From Eledone cirrhosa (lineage: Eukaryota), in the NCBI GenBank assembly GCA_964016885.1, contig OZ024762.1:16182001-16246000 (forward strand): DNA of 64,000 nt, given 5' to 3'. Positions 35,016-48,060 of this stretch are shown piece after piece. The notes beneath the pieces are model-generated. The model saw nothing but the letters and a program-made list of their open reading frames with translations, searched no databases and had not been told where the DNA came from. Position 1 is the first letter of the stretch. Each line of letters starts with the position of its first letter. Made by a program: the position numbers and the translations under genes.

Positions 35016-37995
35016 AAGAGTTTAAAGAATTTTAAAAATAAATGGAAACAAAAAAACAACACAAAACTATACAAAAACAATAATAATAAGAAAGAAAGAA
35101 AGAAAGAAGCAGTCAATAAATGTAATTGGTATTATTTATATTTCACTAAATCATTTTGGACATCAAGAAAGAAAGAAAGAAAGAAAGAAAGAAATATGAT
35201 GTGTGAGAGTGGGGGTGGGGTCATATTGGACATATTCTGACAGACAGGGACTCTCATATACACATACAGATGTAGAAGTGCAGACACATACATACACACA
35301 CACATACATTGACTCTCGTACACTCATACACATACACACACTTACAGTCACACTCATATACATACACACATACACAGACAAACACACTGATACACCGTGG
35401 TGCATACTCACCCTCACACATTTACATACATATACACCCACACATGTAAAAACACTACACTACACACTACACTACATCACACCACACTACACTACACCAC
35501 ATAGTACATAACCCATACTGTATGCTTGTGTGTGTGTCTGTATGTATGCTTGTGGTATGTATGTACTCGTGTGTGTGTGTCTATGTCTGTATGTATGCTG
35601 GTGTGTATATGTATGCTTGTGTGTATGTGTCTATGTATGTGTGTATGTGTCTTTATGTATGCTTGTGTCTGTCTGTATGTGTGTGTGTCTGTCTGTATAT
35701 GTATGTGTATGTGTCTATGTATGTGTGTGTGTCTGTGTATATATGTCTGTATGTATGTGTATGTGTTCCATTTGTTAAGTCTGTCTTGTGGACAGTAGTG
35801 GTGGGGTTGGTATTTACATCTTCTGTCAATATCTTGATGATGATGATGGTTAAATATAGCCACCCCACCCCAATCACCCCACACTCCACTAAAACACCCT
35901 CTTTGTCTAGATTGATCTCTTTGGAGGGGAGGGGGAGATATTGTGGGTTTTCTTTTTGTTTTTGTATTTTTTGCCAAATTTCTTTACAGATTTTTTGGGG
36001 GTTTTTCCCTGCTGATATTTTTAATTTTATTTATTCTACCCCCCCCCCCCCCCCCCCCCTCACGCACACACTTCAGTTTTTTTATTATTTTGTATTTGAT
36101 TTTATTTATTTTCTATTTTTTTTTATTGTTGAAAGCTTTGAAAATCTTTAGCTTACAGGAGTGTGTGTGTGTATATATATATATACATATATATATGTAT
36201 GTATGTGTAGATATATAGATATGTATGTGTGTGTGTATATAGATATGTATGTATGTATGTGTAGATATAGATATATGTATGTATGTGTAGATATATATAT
36301 AAGTATGTGTGTATAGATATGTATGTATGTATGTGTAAATATATATATATATGTATGTATGTGTACACACATATATGTGTGTGTGTGTGTGTATGTAGAT
36401 ATATATATGTATGTATGTGTAGATATATATATATGTATGTATGTGTAGATATATATATGTGTATGTGTGTAGATATATATGTATGTGTGTGTATAGATAT
36501 GTATGTATGTGTAGATATATATATGTATGTGTAGATATATATATATTTATGTGTGTGTATAGATATGTATGTATGTATGTGTAAATATATATATATATAA
36601 ATGTGTGTGTGTGTATAGATATGTATGTGTAGATATATATATATATAAGTGTGTGTGTGTGTGTATATATATATATGTAGATATATATATAAGTATGTAT
36701 AGGGGTTGTGTATTGTGGGTTATTTTTAAAAATAATTTTTGTATTAACAGATACAACACTCCCTTCCCATTCCTTTACCTCCTCCCTCTACTCATTCTCA
36801 GCTCCCTTACTTCACCTGAAACATTTCTATCAGTTTAACATTACTCAGATATATATATATATATATGTGAGTGTGTGTATATATATGTGTATATGTATGT
36901 ATATCTATATAGGCGTCGAATTGGCAGAGTCGTTAGAACGTCAGATAAAATACTTTTTGGTGTACATTCTGACTCGCTGAGTTCAAATCCTGCTGAGGTC
37001 AACTTTGCCTTTCATCCTTTCGAGGTCAATAAAAAAAAAGTACCAGTCTCGTACTGGGGTCGATTCTTCCTCTATATCTCTTTCTCATTTCCTCTCTATC
37101 ACTCTTTCTATCTTTCTCTGGAAGAAATCTGCTGTATTCAGGCCTGGAGAAGAGATGGGCTCTGCCAGGCTTAAAATACCCCAAGAAATGGCGTATGTCA
37201 ATATGGCGCCCCTACAACTGTATCAGGAATTATGGGACCATACATACATGTATATCTACACACACTCACACACATATACATATATAGGGGGCAGCTTATC
37301 TTTATTAAATGTTATACTGAAAAACACGACTGTGCTCAATTTTGATAGTTTTCTATTAAGTATTTTTTATATTCCCTCATCAGTTGTTTATGTTTGATTT
37401 AGGACCATAGAGTTCTTAAATCTGTAAGTTTATTAATGTTTCAAGACCTTCTCAGCCCCATCATCAGAATATGAGTGATTGTAGTATTAGAGGTGTATCT
37501 TTCATGGGCTTTGCACTGGTTGCAAAGGATTGTGGGCATAATAGTAACACACATATATTATATACATATATACATATATCTCTGTGTATAGTATATGTAT
37601 ATTTATATATATATATATATTTATATGTATGTGTCTAGAAATATGTATATTTATATATATTTTATATATATATATATATGTAGAAATATGTATATTTATA
37701 TATATATGTCTTATATATACACATATTTCTGTGTATAGTATAAATATAAATATACATTTGTGTGTGTGTGTGTGTGTGTATATATTTCTGTGTGCGTTTA
37801 CATATATGAATGGAATACTACATCCAAGTGCATACATTCACACATATACATACATATAAACATATTTCCACATACACACACACTCTCACACACAAAGAAA
37901 TATATATTTATAAAACCTATCCTAACTTATCACAGATTTTTTCAAGACTATATTTTTTATCCTTTTGTCTCCTGCTTCTCAAGATTTTGTTTTGT

Positions 37996-38372
37996 TTAAC
38001 CCTTTAACATTTTAACTGGCCAGAATTCTTTCTGTTCCAACTGGCATTAACCGATCACTCATACTTATGTTACGGTATTGTTCTCAAAATAGATAATATA
38101 AAAAACTTATAGATTTGATATTATGTGAGGTAAAGTGTTTACTGTGAAAATACAATAGTATATATAGAGTAATGTAAATGTTATGTGAGGTAAAGCCTTT
38201 ACTGGGAAAATATAATAGTATATATAGAGTAATGTAAATGTTATGTGAGGTAAAGCCTTTACTGGGAAAATATAATAGTATATATAGAGTAATGTAAATG
38301 TTATGTGAGGTAAAGCCTTTACTGGGAAAATATAATAGTATATATAGAGTAATGTAAATGGTAAAGAGTTAA
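37996..38372 (+). mobile_element. TTAA MITE with 4 copies of the 60-bp unit
   Basis: TTAACCCTTTAACATTT...TAAATGGTAAAGAGTTAA; units start at about 38123, 38183, 38243 and 38303. Confidence 0.85.
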
Positions 38373-38645
38373 GATGAGTAAATTTGGTTATTATTTGAGG
38401 TAGGGGAGGGGTTAGTGTGGGGGTGAGTGTTGGTGTTGGGAGGGGAGAATACTGTAGAAGTTTCTAGAACTAGTTGACTTAAAATTTGAAATGGGCGCCT
38501 CCCAATGAAGATAACCAAAATAATAGTTGAGAAAATCGTGTAAGGTACTGCTGGAAGGGGTGGGGGGCAGTAGTACATATTTTGTCGATCTCTTTTGTCA
38601 AACTGCTAAGTCATGGGATAAACTGACACAGGCACACACACACAC

Positions 38646-38677
<32 letters not shown>

Positions 38678-38679
<2 letters not shown>

Positions 38680-38922
38680 CATCATAATCATCATTTTACG
38701 TCCGCTTTTCCCTGCTTGCAAGGGTGGGACGGGTCTTATTCAACACAGCATCTCTGCATTTGTCACGGTCGTTCGTCATCTCCACCGTGAGCTTCACCGA
38801 TCTGAGGTCTGTTCTCACCACCTCCGCCCATGTTTTTTGTGGTCTACCTCTACCAAGTCTTCCTTCAACCGGCATTTCCTGGCACTTCTTCACCCATCGG
38901 TCGTCCTCCATGCGCATTACAT
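38678..38922 (-). mobile_element. RTE LINE 3' end fused to the viral insert
   Basis: MRMEDDRWVKKCQEMPVEGRLGRGRPQKTW...REKRT plus (ATG)n tail; similarity to 98-341 stops abruptly at 38922. Confidence 0.93.
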
Positions 38923-40919
38923 AAATAGTCGCAAAAGGCCTGGCGTTGCTTTTGCTTCGTATTCTTTACTATCTCTTCCAGGTCCAGATCGTGACACAGG
39001 TTGTCCACAAGTATCGCGATTTGCCGACATAGAACAGATAGCCTGGAGGGTTGGGGGGGGGGGGGCGTATTGGAACCGAGTAAATGTCTGCCACAAGCCT
39101 CGAATAATCGGGAGATCTTTCCATAGCTTGATTGATAATGTTCAGTATCCATTCTTGGCATGAAGGGTCCGTATATCCGAGATATCTCAAGTAGGTTACA
39201 CCATTAATCAGATGGTCATTCTCAGCTCGAACCATCATTTGATCCAGATAGAAAATCGGCATGCCACCAAGCACTGCCGGGATAGATGATAAAACCTGGA
39301 AAATTCGGAGGTCCGTCATCTTTGGATCCCTCAATTTGCAATACCAAGTCGTCATGATCTGGGCTACTATCATCATACCTGGGAGTGGGTTTGTGCTCTT
39401 CCCCACCATGCTATGCGCGTTGGAGTAGATCGATGCGATTGAATCACTCGTGAGTAGTAGGGCATTGTTGAAACTGTATTTTTGCCCCTTTCTTCAAACA
39501 ATTGCAACCGTAAGCATCATTAACTTGGAATTCCTTGGAGAAGGATATTACGCTGCTAGGTGTAAAGGATTCAATGGAGTTGATTTCCTGGCCGATTGCC
39601 CTACTCGCAGTACCTAGAGCTTCTTTGATGTTTCAACTTACCTCTGGTATGCCGTGCCTTTGTATCTCAAACTCAGGTATTTCGGTGGCAGTGATCCAAT
39701 CATCTCCTTTCACAATGTCCCAGTGAGGGAAGCCCAACTTATCAATGGAGAGTCCTAAAGACTTTGTTTAGGTTAGGGACCAGAGTTCTTGCAACAAGCC
39801 CTCTATTCCACCTCCTGGGCCTTCCCAAGAATAGCAGCTTGTAGAGGATGGTGCATCAAATGCTGTTTCTTTGAAGGATTTCATGCAATTCTTCCACATG
39901 TTAAACCCGTAGATTTCATTAAGGAAGTCTCTGGTGTAGGAACATGTCTCATGTCGAAACACATTGTTCCACCCGTTGATGTCGACACGAACGTAAAGTC
40001 TTGTAACCAGCTCTAGCATCCCGTATCTTCCGGACAGCATAGAGCTTCTTAATCATCTCTAGATTAGAAGGAGTGAAAGCTTGATCAGGAGCAAAATATC
40101 TCATGTATTTTTTCACATGTGTGCCTAGCAACTGCTGTGTGGCTCTATTACTGAAAGTAGTTTGGCCGAACCACCGACCTTCCACGTTTAACTCAGCCTC
40201 TTTCCTGGTTAGCTTTATAACGAGTTCATCATGGAGATCCTGGAGGGCATCGACATAAAGAAATAGGAAATCTTGTAAGTCCTGTCCGGCATCACGTTTG
40301 AATAGAAAGGGTATTAGCACTTTCTTTTCTTTCCATCCAGCTTGACGAGTTTTGAAGATATATGTATCATCTGCGTGTCGGTGCAAGGCAGCTAGAGCAT
40401 GATCTTTGAGCTAAGGAATAAAATTTTTCTTGATGTCAAAGATCATATTCTTCTGTGGCCATACATCTCCCCAAGCTAACAGATCCGGCTTCCTGTCATA
40501 CTTGGTCACCATAGGGTTGTTGATCCAGACATTTCTGAGAGCCGCCTATTGGATAACTTTGTTGGTTTCTGGAGCCATCTCCAATAAGGGCCACTGATGT
40601 TTATTCTGATATGGAACTTAGAATAATCCTTCATCAGCTTACACCTCGCCTCCCACAAGAAGTTCAGATCCAAAGTCTTGATCTCCAATGTACGTGAAGT
40701 TAATTTCTCGATCCCTTGTTGGCTAGAGATATACGGGTGTCTGCTGAGCTTCTGCATACCCCCCCACTTGAGAAGTTCGGGAGTAGAGCCATTATCAAGG
40801 ATATCTACTAATTGGCGATAATTCATTCTTTTACAGCTTAGATCATCTAGGGTCTTAGTGAGGAATTCTTCATTGATCCATTGTTTGTCTTCTCTTTTCA
40901 ATACAATGCCCAGACACAT
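38923..40919 (-). pseudogene. Endogenous viral element: decayed L protein (RdRp) fragment of a chuvirus-like (Jingchuvirales) negative-strand RNA virus
   Basis: Colinear L motifs across frameshifts: GMQKLSRHPYIS; KNFIP*LKD; LVIKLTRKEAELNVEGRWFG (motif F); PDQAFTPSNLEMIKKLY; VDINGWNNVFR (A); WEGPGGGIEGLLQELW (B); IVKGDDW (C, 39699-39710); GQEINSIESF...FSK (D/E); NNALL...IASIYSNAHS; IPAVLGGMPIFYLDQMMVRAENDHL; DIYSVPIRPP. Confidence 0.9.
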
Positions 40920-41255
40920 GGAGGCACATGGCTTAGTGGTTAGAGCATTGGGCTTGCAATCGAAAGGTTGTGAGTTCAATTCTCAGACCGGGTGATGTGT
41001 TGTTTCCTTGAGCAAGACACTTTATTTCACATTGCTCCAGTTTACTCAGCTGTAGAAATGAGATGATAGGGACTGAGGTCTCTATCATTCCACCGCAACG
41101 GGGTCGTGGAGGTGCCACGGCAAAAAAGGCACCCAGCACTCACTGTAAATGGGGTTGGTGTTTAGAAGGGCATCCAGCTGTAGCAATCGAGCCAGAATCA
41201 GTTCCCTTCCCACCCTTGCAAGCAGGGAAAAGTGGACGTAAAATGATGATGATGA
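40920..41255 (+). mobile_element. SINE family A copy abutting the 5' end of the viral fragment
   Basis: Full head GGAGGCACATGGC through to the RTE tail and (ATG)n. Confidence 0.9.
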
Positions 41256-41394
41256 GGATATGAAACTGCCGGTGTTTTTACTGTATTACTAACAGCATGT
41301 TTTAATCTGTGCGTGTGTACGTGTATCTATTGTGTATATATATGCACACACACACATATATATATATGTGTGTGTGTAAATATATATATTAACC

Positions 41395-41431
<37 letters not shown>

Positions 41432-43913
41432 GTACAGAAGCACACACATATATACTCACAGAGTGGGCTTCTATACAGCTTCTGCCTACCAAATTTTTCT
41501 CATAAGGCATTGGTCATTCCAAGGATATAGTCGAAGCCACTTGACCTCTGACCTTCAGCTGTGTCGCTGTTGAAGTCATTTCATACAAAATACAAGAAAC
41601 TAAATGAAAAAATAGCATTACTGATCTCATCATACTGGAATTGACATACTACTACTACTACCACCACTACTACTAGTACTGCTACTACCACTACCACCAC
41701 TACTACTAGTACTGCTACTACTACCACTATACTACTACTACCACCACTACTGGTACCACTACTACTGCTGCTACTACAACTACTAATAATGCTCATACCA
41801 TCACTACCACTGCCACAACTACTATTGCTACTACAACTAGTACTACTACTGTTACTGGGTATTGTGTCATTGATCTCAACAAAATAGGGAAGATGGTGGT
41901 TCCAACATTTATTTAAACTATCATTTTACTGTGAGTTACCTATTCATAACCTATGTTGTGTGTGTGTTTATACATACATATATGTGTATATATATTGTAC
42001 ATATATATGTGTGTGTTTATACATATATGTGTATATATATTGTACATATATATATATGTGTGTTTATACATATATGTGTATATATATTGTACATATATAT
42101 GTGGATATTTATTGTACATATATATACACATATATATATATATGTGTTTATACATACATATATGTGTATATATATTGTACATATATATATATGTGTGTTT
42201 ATACATATATGTGTATATATATTGTACATATATATGTGTTTATACATATATATATGTGTATATATGTGTGTTTATACATATGTGTGTATATATATTGTAC
42301 ATATATATATGTGTTTATACATATATGTGTATATATATTGTACACATATATATATATATATGTGTGTTTATACATATATGTGTATATATATTATACATAT
42401 ATATATATGTGTATATATATTGTACATATATATGTGTGTTTATACATATATGTGTATATATATTGTACATATATATATGTGTGTTTATATATATATATAT
42501 TTCATATAGAAATGATCTCTAGAAGACTAAAACTAAAACATCCCTCATGATTCCAAACAACTGAGACAGTTCTAGTCCTATAGAATTAATTTCTATATGA
42601 AATATATATACAAGAGTGTGTTGGTGTGTGTGTGTGTATATATATATATATTATATATGTATATGTGTGTGATTTAATGAATGGATCAATATTGTACCAA
42701 GTTGTCAACGGTGAAGGAGGAGGATAGCTTTTTTTCTTTTCTTTTAGTTTTGGTTTGCTTGATTTTTGTTTGTGTTATTTTAATTTTATTTATTATTATC
42801 ATGATTATTTTTTTTTTTTCTGGTCTTTTTTTCTCCACCTTCTCCACCACCATCTTGGTGATATCATTCCAGACATCTCTATAGCTCTATCACTGCCAAA
42901 AAAAAATACCCAAAAAACAAAACAACCAAGCTATTGAATCAGACATCCTTTTCTTTATTTTATAAATTTACAGAGGTGATTTAAGGGGAAGGCCCCTTTA
43001 AATCTTCTGTTGTTGTGATTGGTTATGAGTGTGTTATGGCCCATTGCTTCCTAGCTTAGGTCTTCGTTTTGTTATTTTTTTCATTTCAGTTTTAAGCTAA
43101 ATACTTCATTAGAAATGCTTAAACTGTAAATGTCCTGTAATGATTTAGCAGAAAATTATCTTTAAAAAAACAAAACAGGTTTGTTAATCCAAATGTTTGC
43201 AGTACCTTTACTACTGGACAGATTGTTGTGAACATTTACAGTATTAGAGTGAAGACTTCAGTTTTTAATGGGATGCAGTCAGAGTGCTGTTTTTGCACTT
43301 TTTTCTTGTTTTTTTTTCACAGAATGTCTTGCTAATACTGTTTAATGTGGTACAGGACTTTAGGAGTTGAGCTGTCACGAAAGTGTCTTTCTGTTGTCCT
43401 TGCAAACTTCCACACAACGCTATTTCTTTCTATGTTTGTCTTTGATTGAAAAGGCAGAAGACCTTTAATATTTTTTGTCTGCTTATGTGTAGATCAATGC
43501 GATATCTTTTACAAAACAACCCCAACCCTAAAAAAAAAAAAACGAAAAAGTAACCCTACAAAAAAAAAAACAGGGAAAACGAAACACCAACCGAAACCAC
43601 ACAACTCACATACAAAAATAATCTATGTCAAAGCCTAACTTAAGATATTTTATATGTCCACTTGATATTTTTTTTACCCCATGTTCTCACCAAATTTTGG
43701 GGACATGAAGAAAAGCTAAAAAAATAATTTTGTAATTGTAATTATTGGCATATATTTCTAAAATACAGCATTTTTTTTTTTTTTTTGAATTTGACGAATT
43801 ATATGATGTATGTGTCTGTGTGTATATATATATATGTGTGTGTGTGAGTATGTATATATATATATATGTATATCATGTATGCATGTGTGTGAGTGTAACT
43901 ACATATATATATT

Positions 43914-44200
43914 GCATTGGCCTTGCAATCGAAAGGTTGTGAGTTCAGTTCTCAGACCGGGTGATGTGTAGTTTCCTTGAACAAGGCACTTTATTTCACA
44001 TTGCTCCAGTTTACTCAGCTGTAGAAATGAGATGATAGGGACTGGTGTCCCTATCATTCCACGGCAAAAAAGCACCCAGCTCTCACTGTAAATGAGGTTG
44101 GTGTTAGGAAGGGCATCCAGCTGTAGAAATCAAGCCAGAATCAGTTCCCGTCCCACCCTTGCAAGCAGGGAGAAGCGGACGTAAAATGATAATGATTGAT
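43914..44200 (+). mobile_element. 5'-truncated SINE family A copy
   Basis: Body and RTE tail match the other copies. Confidence 0.85.
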
Positions 44201-44824
44201 GATATGTCATATATGTATGTGAGTGTATGTATATATATATATAATGTGTGTTTCAGTGTATGTATATATGCGTGTATGTTTGTATATATATATATATTAT
44301 GTATGTATTATGTATGTATATGTGCATGTATATATATTATGCATATATATATTTATGTATGTGTGTGCATGTATATAATATATATATAATTTAAATGTTT
44401 CCTTCTCTTTCTCAATAATAATAATAATAATAATAACTTCACCATCTAGCCCCCCACCCCCCACCCCCATCTGTATATATGCCACCCTATTTAAAATTTT
44501 CTTTAAATCTATTCCATCCCCTCACCCACTAGGGTTATGGTGTTTAAACTATCAATTGGTCTCTTCATTTCTAGAATAACTGAAGAATGTAAATACTTGA
44601 GATAAATATAATTATTGAGCATCATAATTATGAAATTATGCAAATTTTTTCACCTCACCCTCCCTCACTGCCACCTTCTCCAACAGCCAATGTCACTAAC
44701 CAAACTGTGTGTGTGTGTGTATATATATATTATTATTATTATTGTCCTTGTATTGTCCTCAACATCATGGGCCCTTGTGGCTAATAAAAGAATTCATTAT
44801 TATTATTTTTTTTATTATTATTAA

Positions 44825-45648
44825 CTTTGCCTTTCATCCTTACGGGGTCGATAAAATAAAGTACCAGTAATACACTGGGTAATTGCTGGCCTTGTGCCTA
44901 ACGTAGAAACAATTATTATCATTATTGTAAATTATATTTATATATAAGGGCGGTGGTTTGGCAGTATCGGTAGAGCGTCAGACGCCATGCTTTGCAGCAT
45001 AGAGTTATGGCCCTTTATGTTCTGAGTTCAAATCCTGCCGAGGTTAGCTTTGCTTGTCATCTTTACGGTATTGATAAAATAAAGTACCAGCAATGCACTG
45101 GGGTTAATTGCTGGCCTTGTGCCAAAAGTAGAAACACGTTAGAGGGTCGGATGTCATGATTTTCAGCATAGAGTTGTGTCCCTTTACGTTCTGAGTTCAA
45201 ATCCCGCCTAGGCTGGCTTTGCCTTTCATCCATGCGGGTTTGATAAGATTAAAGTACCAGTAATGCACTGGGGTAATTGCTGGCCTTGTGCCAAAAGTAG
45301 AAACACGTTAGAGGGTCGGACGTCATGATTTTCAGCATAGAGTTGTGTCCCTTTACGTTCTGAGTTCAAATCCCGCCTAGGCTGACTTTGCCTTTCATCC
45401 ATGCGGGTTTGATAAGATTAAAGTACCAGTAATGCACTGGGGTAATTGCTGGCCTTGTGCCAAAAGTAGAAACACGTTAGAGGGTCGGACGTCATGATTT
45501 TCAGCATAGAGTTGTGTCCCTTTACGTTCTGAGTTCAAATCCCGCCTAGGCTGGCTTTGCCTTTCATCCATGCGGGTTTGATAAGATTAAAGTACCAGTA
45601 ATGCACTGGGGTTAATTGCTGGCCTTGTGCCAAAAGCAGAAACAATTA
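44825..45648 (+). mobile_element. Tandem array of family C SINE (169-bp period, ~4 units from 44948)
   Basis: GAAACACGTTAGAGGGTCGGA recurs at 45131, 45300 and 45469. Confidence 0.85.
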
Positions 45649-46190
45649 TATAGTATTGTATATGAAGTTGTCTGATGGATGTCATATGTTCGTTTAATAA
45701 CTCCCTTCACTAATTAATTAGTTAATCAGCACCAATCTTCGTTAATGTATTGCTTCATTTGTATTCCTCTTCTTAAAATTGTTAAAGAAACGATTATATA
45801 CCCTTGAAGGTTGGCAACAAGAAAAGGTATGTATGTGCGTGTGTATATAATGTATATTTATATAATATATAATGTATATTTATATATATATATATATAAT
45901 GTATATATATATATAATATATAATGTATATATATATATATATATAATGTATATATATATATAATATATAATGTATATATATATATATATATATAATGTAT
46001 ATATATATATAATATATATATATATAATGTATATATAATGTATATATATATATATATGTATATTTATATAATGTATATATATATATATATGTATATTTAT
46101 ATAATGTATATATATATATATGTATATTTATATAATGTATATATATGTATATTTATATAATGTATATATATATATATGTATATTTATATA

Positions 46191-46240
<50 letters not shown>

Positions 46241-46494
46241 TTATATAATGTATATATATATTTATATAATATATAATGTATATATATATTTATATAATAT
46301 ATAATGTATGTATATATATATATATATATATATGTATATTTATATAATATATAATGTATGTATATATATATATATATATATATGTATATTTATATAATAT
46401 ATAATGTATGTATATATATATATATATATTTATATAATATATAATGTATGTATATATATATATATATATATGTATATTTATATAATATATAATG

Positions 46495-46537
<43 letters not shown>

Positions 46538-46554
46538 TTATATAATATATAATG

Positions 46555-46608
<54 letters not shown>

Positions 46609-46939
46609 AATAAAATGACGGGACCTGATTGGTGAAATTCTTTTAACGTTTTATTTCTGCAGACACTATATATGGTTGGTGATAGGAAGAGCATCTAGCC
46701 GTAGAAAACTTGCTGAATAAAGGGTTGGGAGGACCCTTCAGTTGTGTTTAAAGGCATGACAACCTTTCTTGTGCATTCGATAGAACGTGAACCCGTACAT
46801 AAGCAGGACGAAGCACCCTGGCTTGTCTGGGAGATCAGTAGGCCCCGCTGCAGTACTGACTTGATCTATATAGAACCATCCGACCCTTGCTAGCTGGCAA
46901 AACGACGGCAATGATGATGATCATGTTATATATATATAG

Positions 46940-47735
46940 TCAACCTATTTTGAAGAAGTTCAGGGAACTACTACCACTGCTAGCTGCAAAAGGCTTCTCC
47001 CTCAAAATGAAAGGCAGACTGTATGATGCGTGTATCCGAACAGCAATGTTACATGGTAGTGAGACCTGGTCGCTGAAGGTGGAAGACTTACGTAGATTAG
47101 AGAGAAACGAAGCCTGCATGCTCCGATGGATGTGTAATAGTAATATACGCGAACGACAAGGCATAAATGAATTGAGAGAGAGACTGAGCATAAGAGGAAT
47201 CAAATGCTGCGTGCAGGAGAGGCGGTTGCGTTGGTATGGACATGTGATGCGTATCAAGGATGACAGCTGCATAAAAAGGTGCAGAGCACTAGAAGTCGAT
47301 GGAAACCGCGGAGTGGGGAGACCCAAGATGACCTAGGATGAGGTGATAAAAGCCGACCTTACCCAATTACACCTCTCAAAGGCGATGACACACGACCGTG
47401 ACCTCTGGCGTCACGCAGTAATACAGAGTACCCGACCTCCCATGGGTACAAGCTGAAGCATATAGACAATATGCCCCACACCCGCCCACTGCAAGGTGGT
47501 CGTGGAGGTGCCACGGCAAAAAAGCACCCAGCCCACACTGTAAAGTGGACGTGTAGGCGCCACGAAAAAGCACCCAGCACTCACTGTAAATGAGGTTGGT
47601 GTTAGGAAGAGCATCCAGCTGTAGAAATCAAGCCAAATCAGTTCCTGCATGAGCAAGGCATGGTCAGCCTACAACAGGACAACCCGTCTAACCCATGCTA
47701 GCGTAGAAGAACGGACGTAAAACGATGATCATGAT
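46940..47735 (+). mobile_element. RTE LINE 3' fragment (46940-~47440) followed by the 3' half of a SINE A
   Basis: KKFRELLPLL...GRLYDACIRTAMLHGSETW...RRLRWYGHVMR...GVGRPK; then the SINE body and tail. Confidence 0.88.
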
Positions 47736-47939
47736 TTTCGTCCAACCACTAATTACGCAACATATACACAGAATAGTTTTAGATTAATCGGTCGGTTTGC
47801 TGCGAATCTACAAATATTATTAAAACTTTAGACATTAATTACCAAAAGTTTTAAGCATTCTAAAAATCAAGAAATAATTAAAGAGTTTTAAACATTCGTA
47901 AAATCTTAATTTGTAATTAATTTTAGTAAATAAATTTTG

Positions 47940-48060
47940 TTTCATGTCTCTTCTTTAAAAATAGTTCTGCTACCACGGTTGTTATGACTACCTCCCACCA
48001 CTCCTCTCTTTACCTCTGTTCATGGCGGCAGACGATGAATAAAAAAAAAAATTAAAATAT
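47940..48060 (-). promoter_or_regulatory. Putative start region: GCCGCCATG (YY1-like/Kozak) with a 10-nt coding stretch and donor
   Basis: Minus strand GCCGCC-ATG AAC AGA G|GTAAAG (48023-48014) in a locally CpG-retaining region; no downstream exons confirmed. Confidence 0.35.

Noticed and set aside
38923-40919. Viral insert as a functional co-opted protein gene, or as contamination
   Set aside because: Multiple in-frame stops and frameshifts exclude an intact protein. The decay and the fusion to host repeats on both sides argue against a contaminating live RNA virus.
41550-41640. Possible minus-strand C/D snoRNA (ATGATGA...CTGA) or small exon
   Set aside because: No terminal stem or recognisable rRNA-complementary guide; such short motifs arise by chance.
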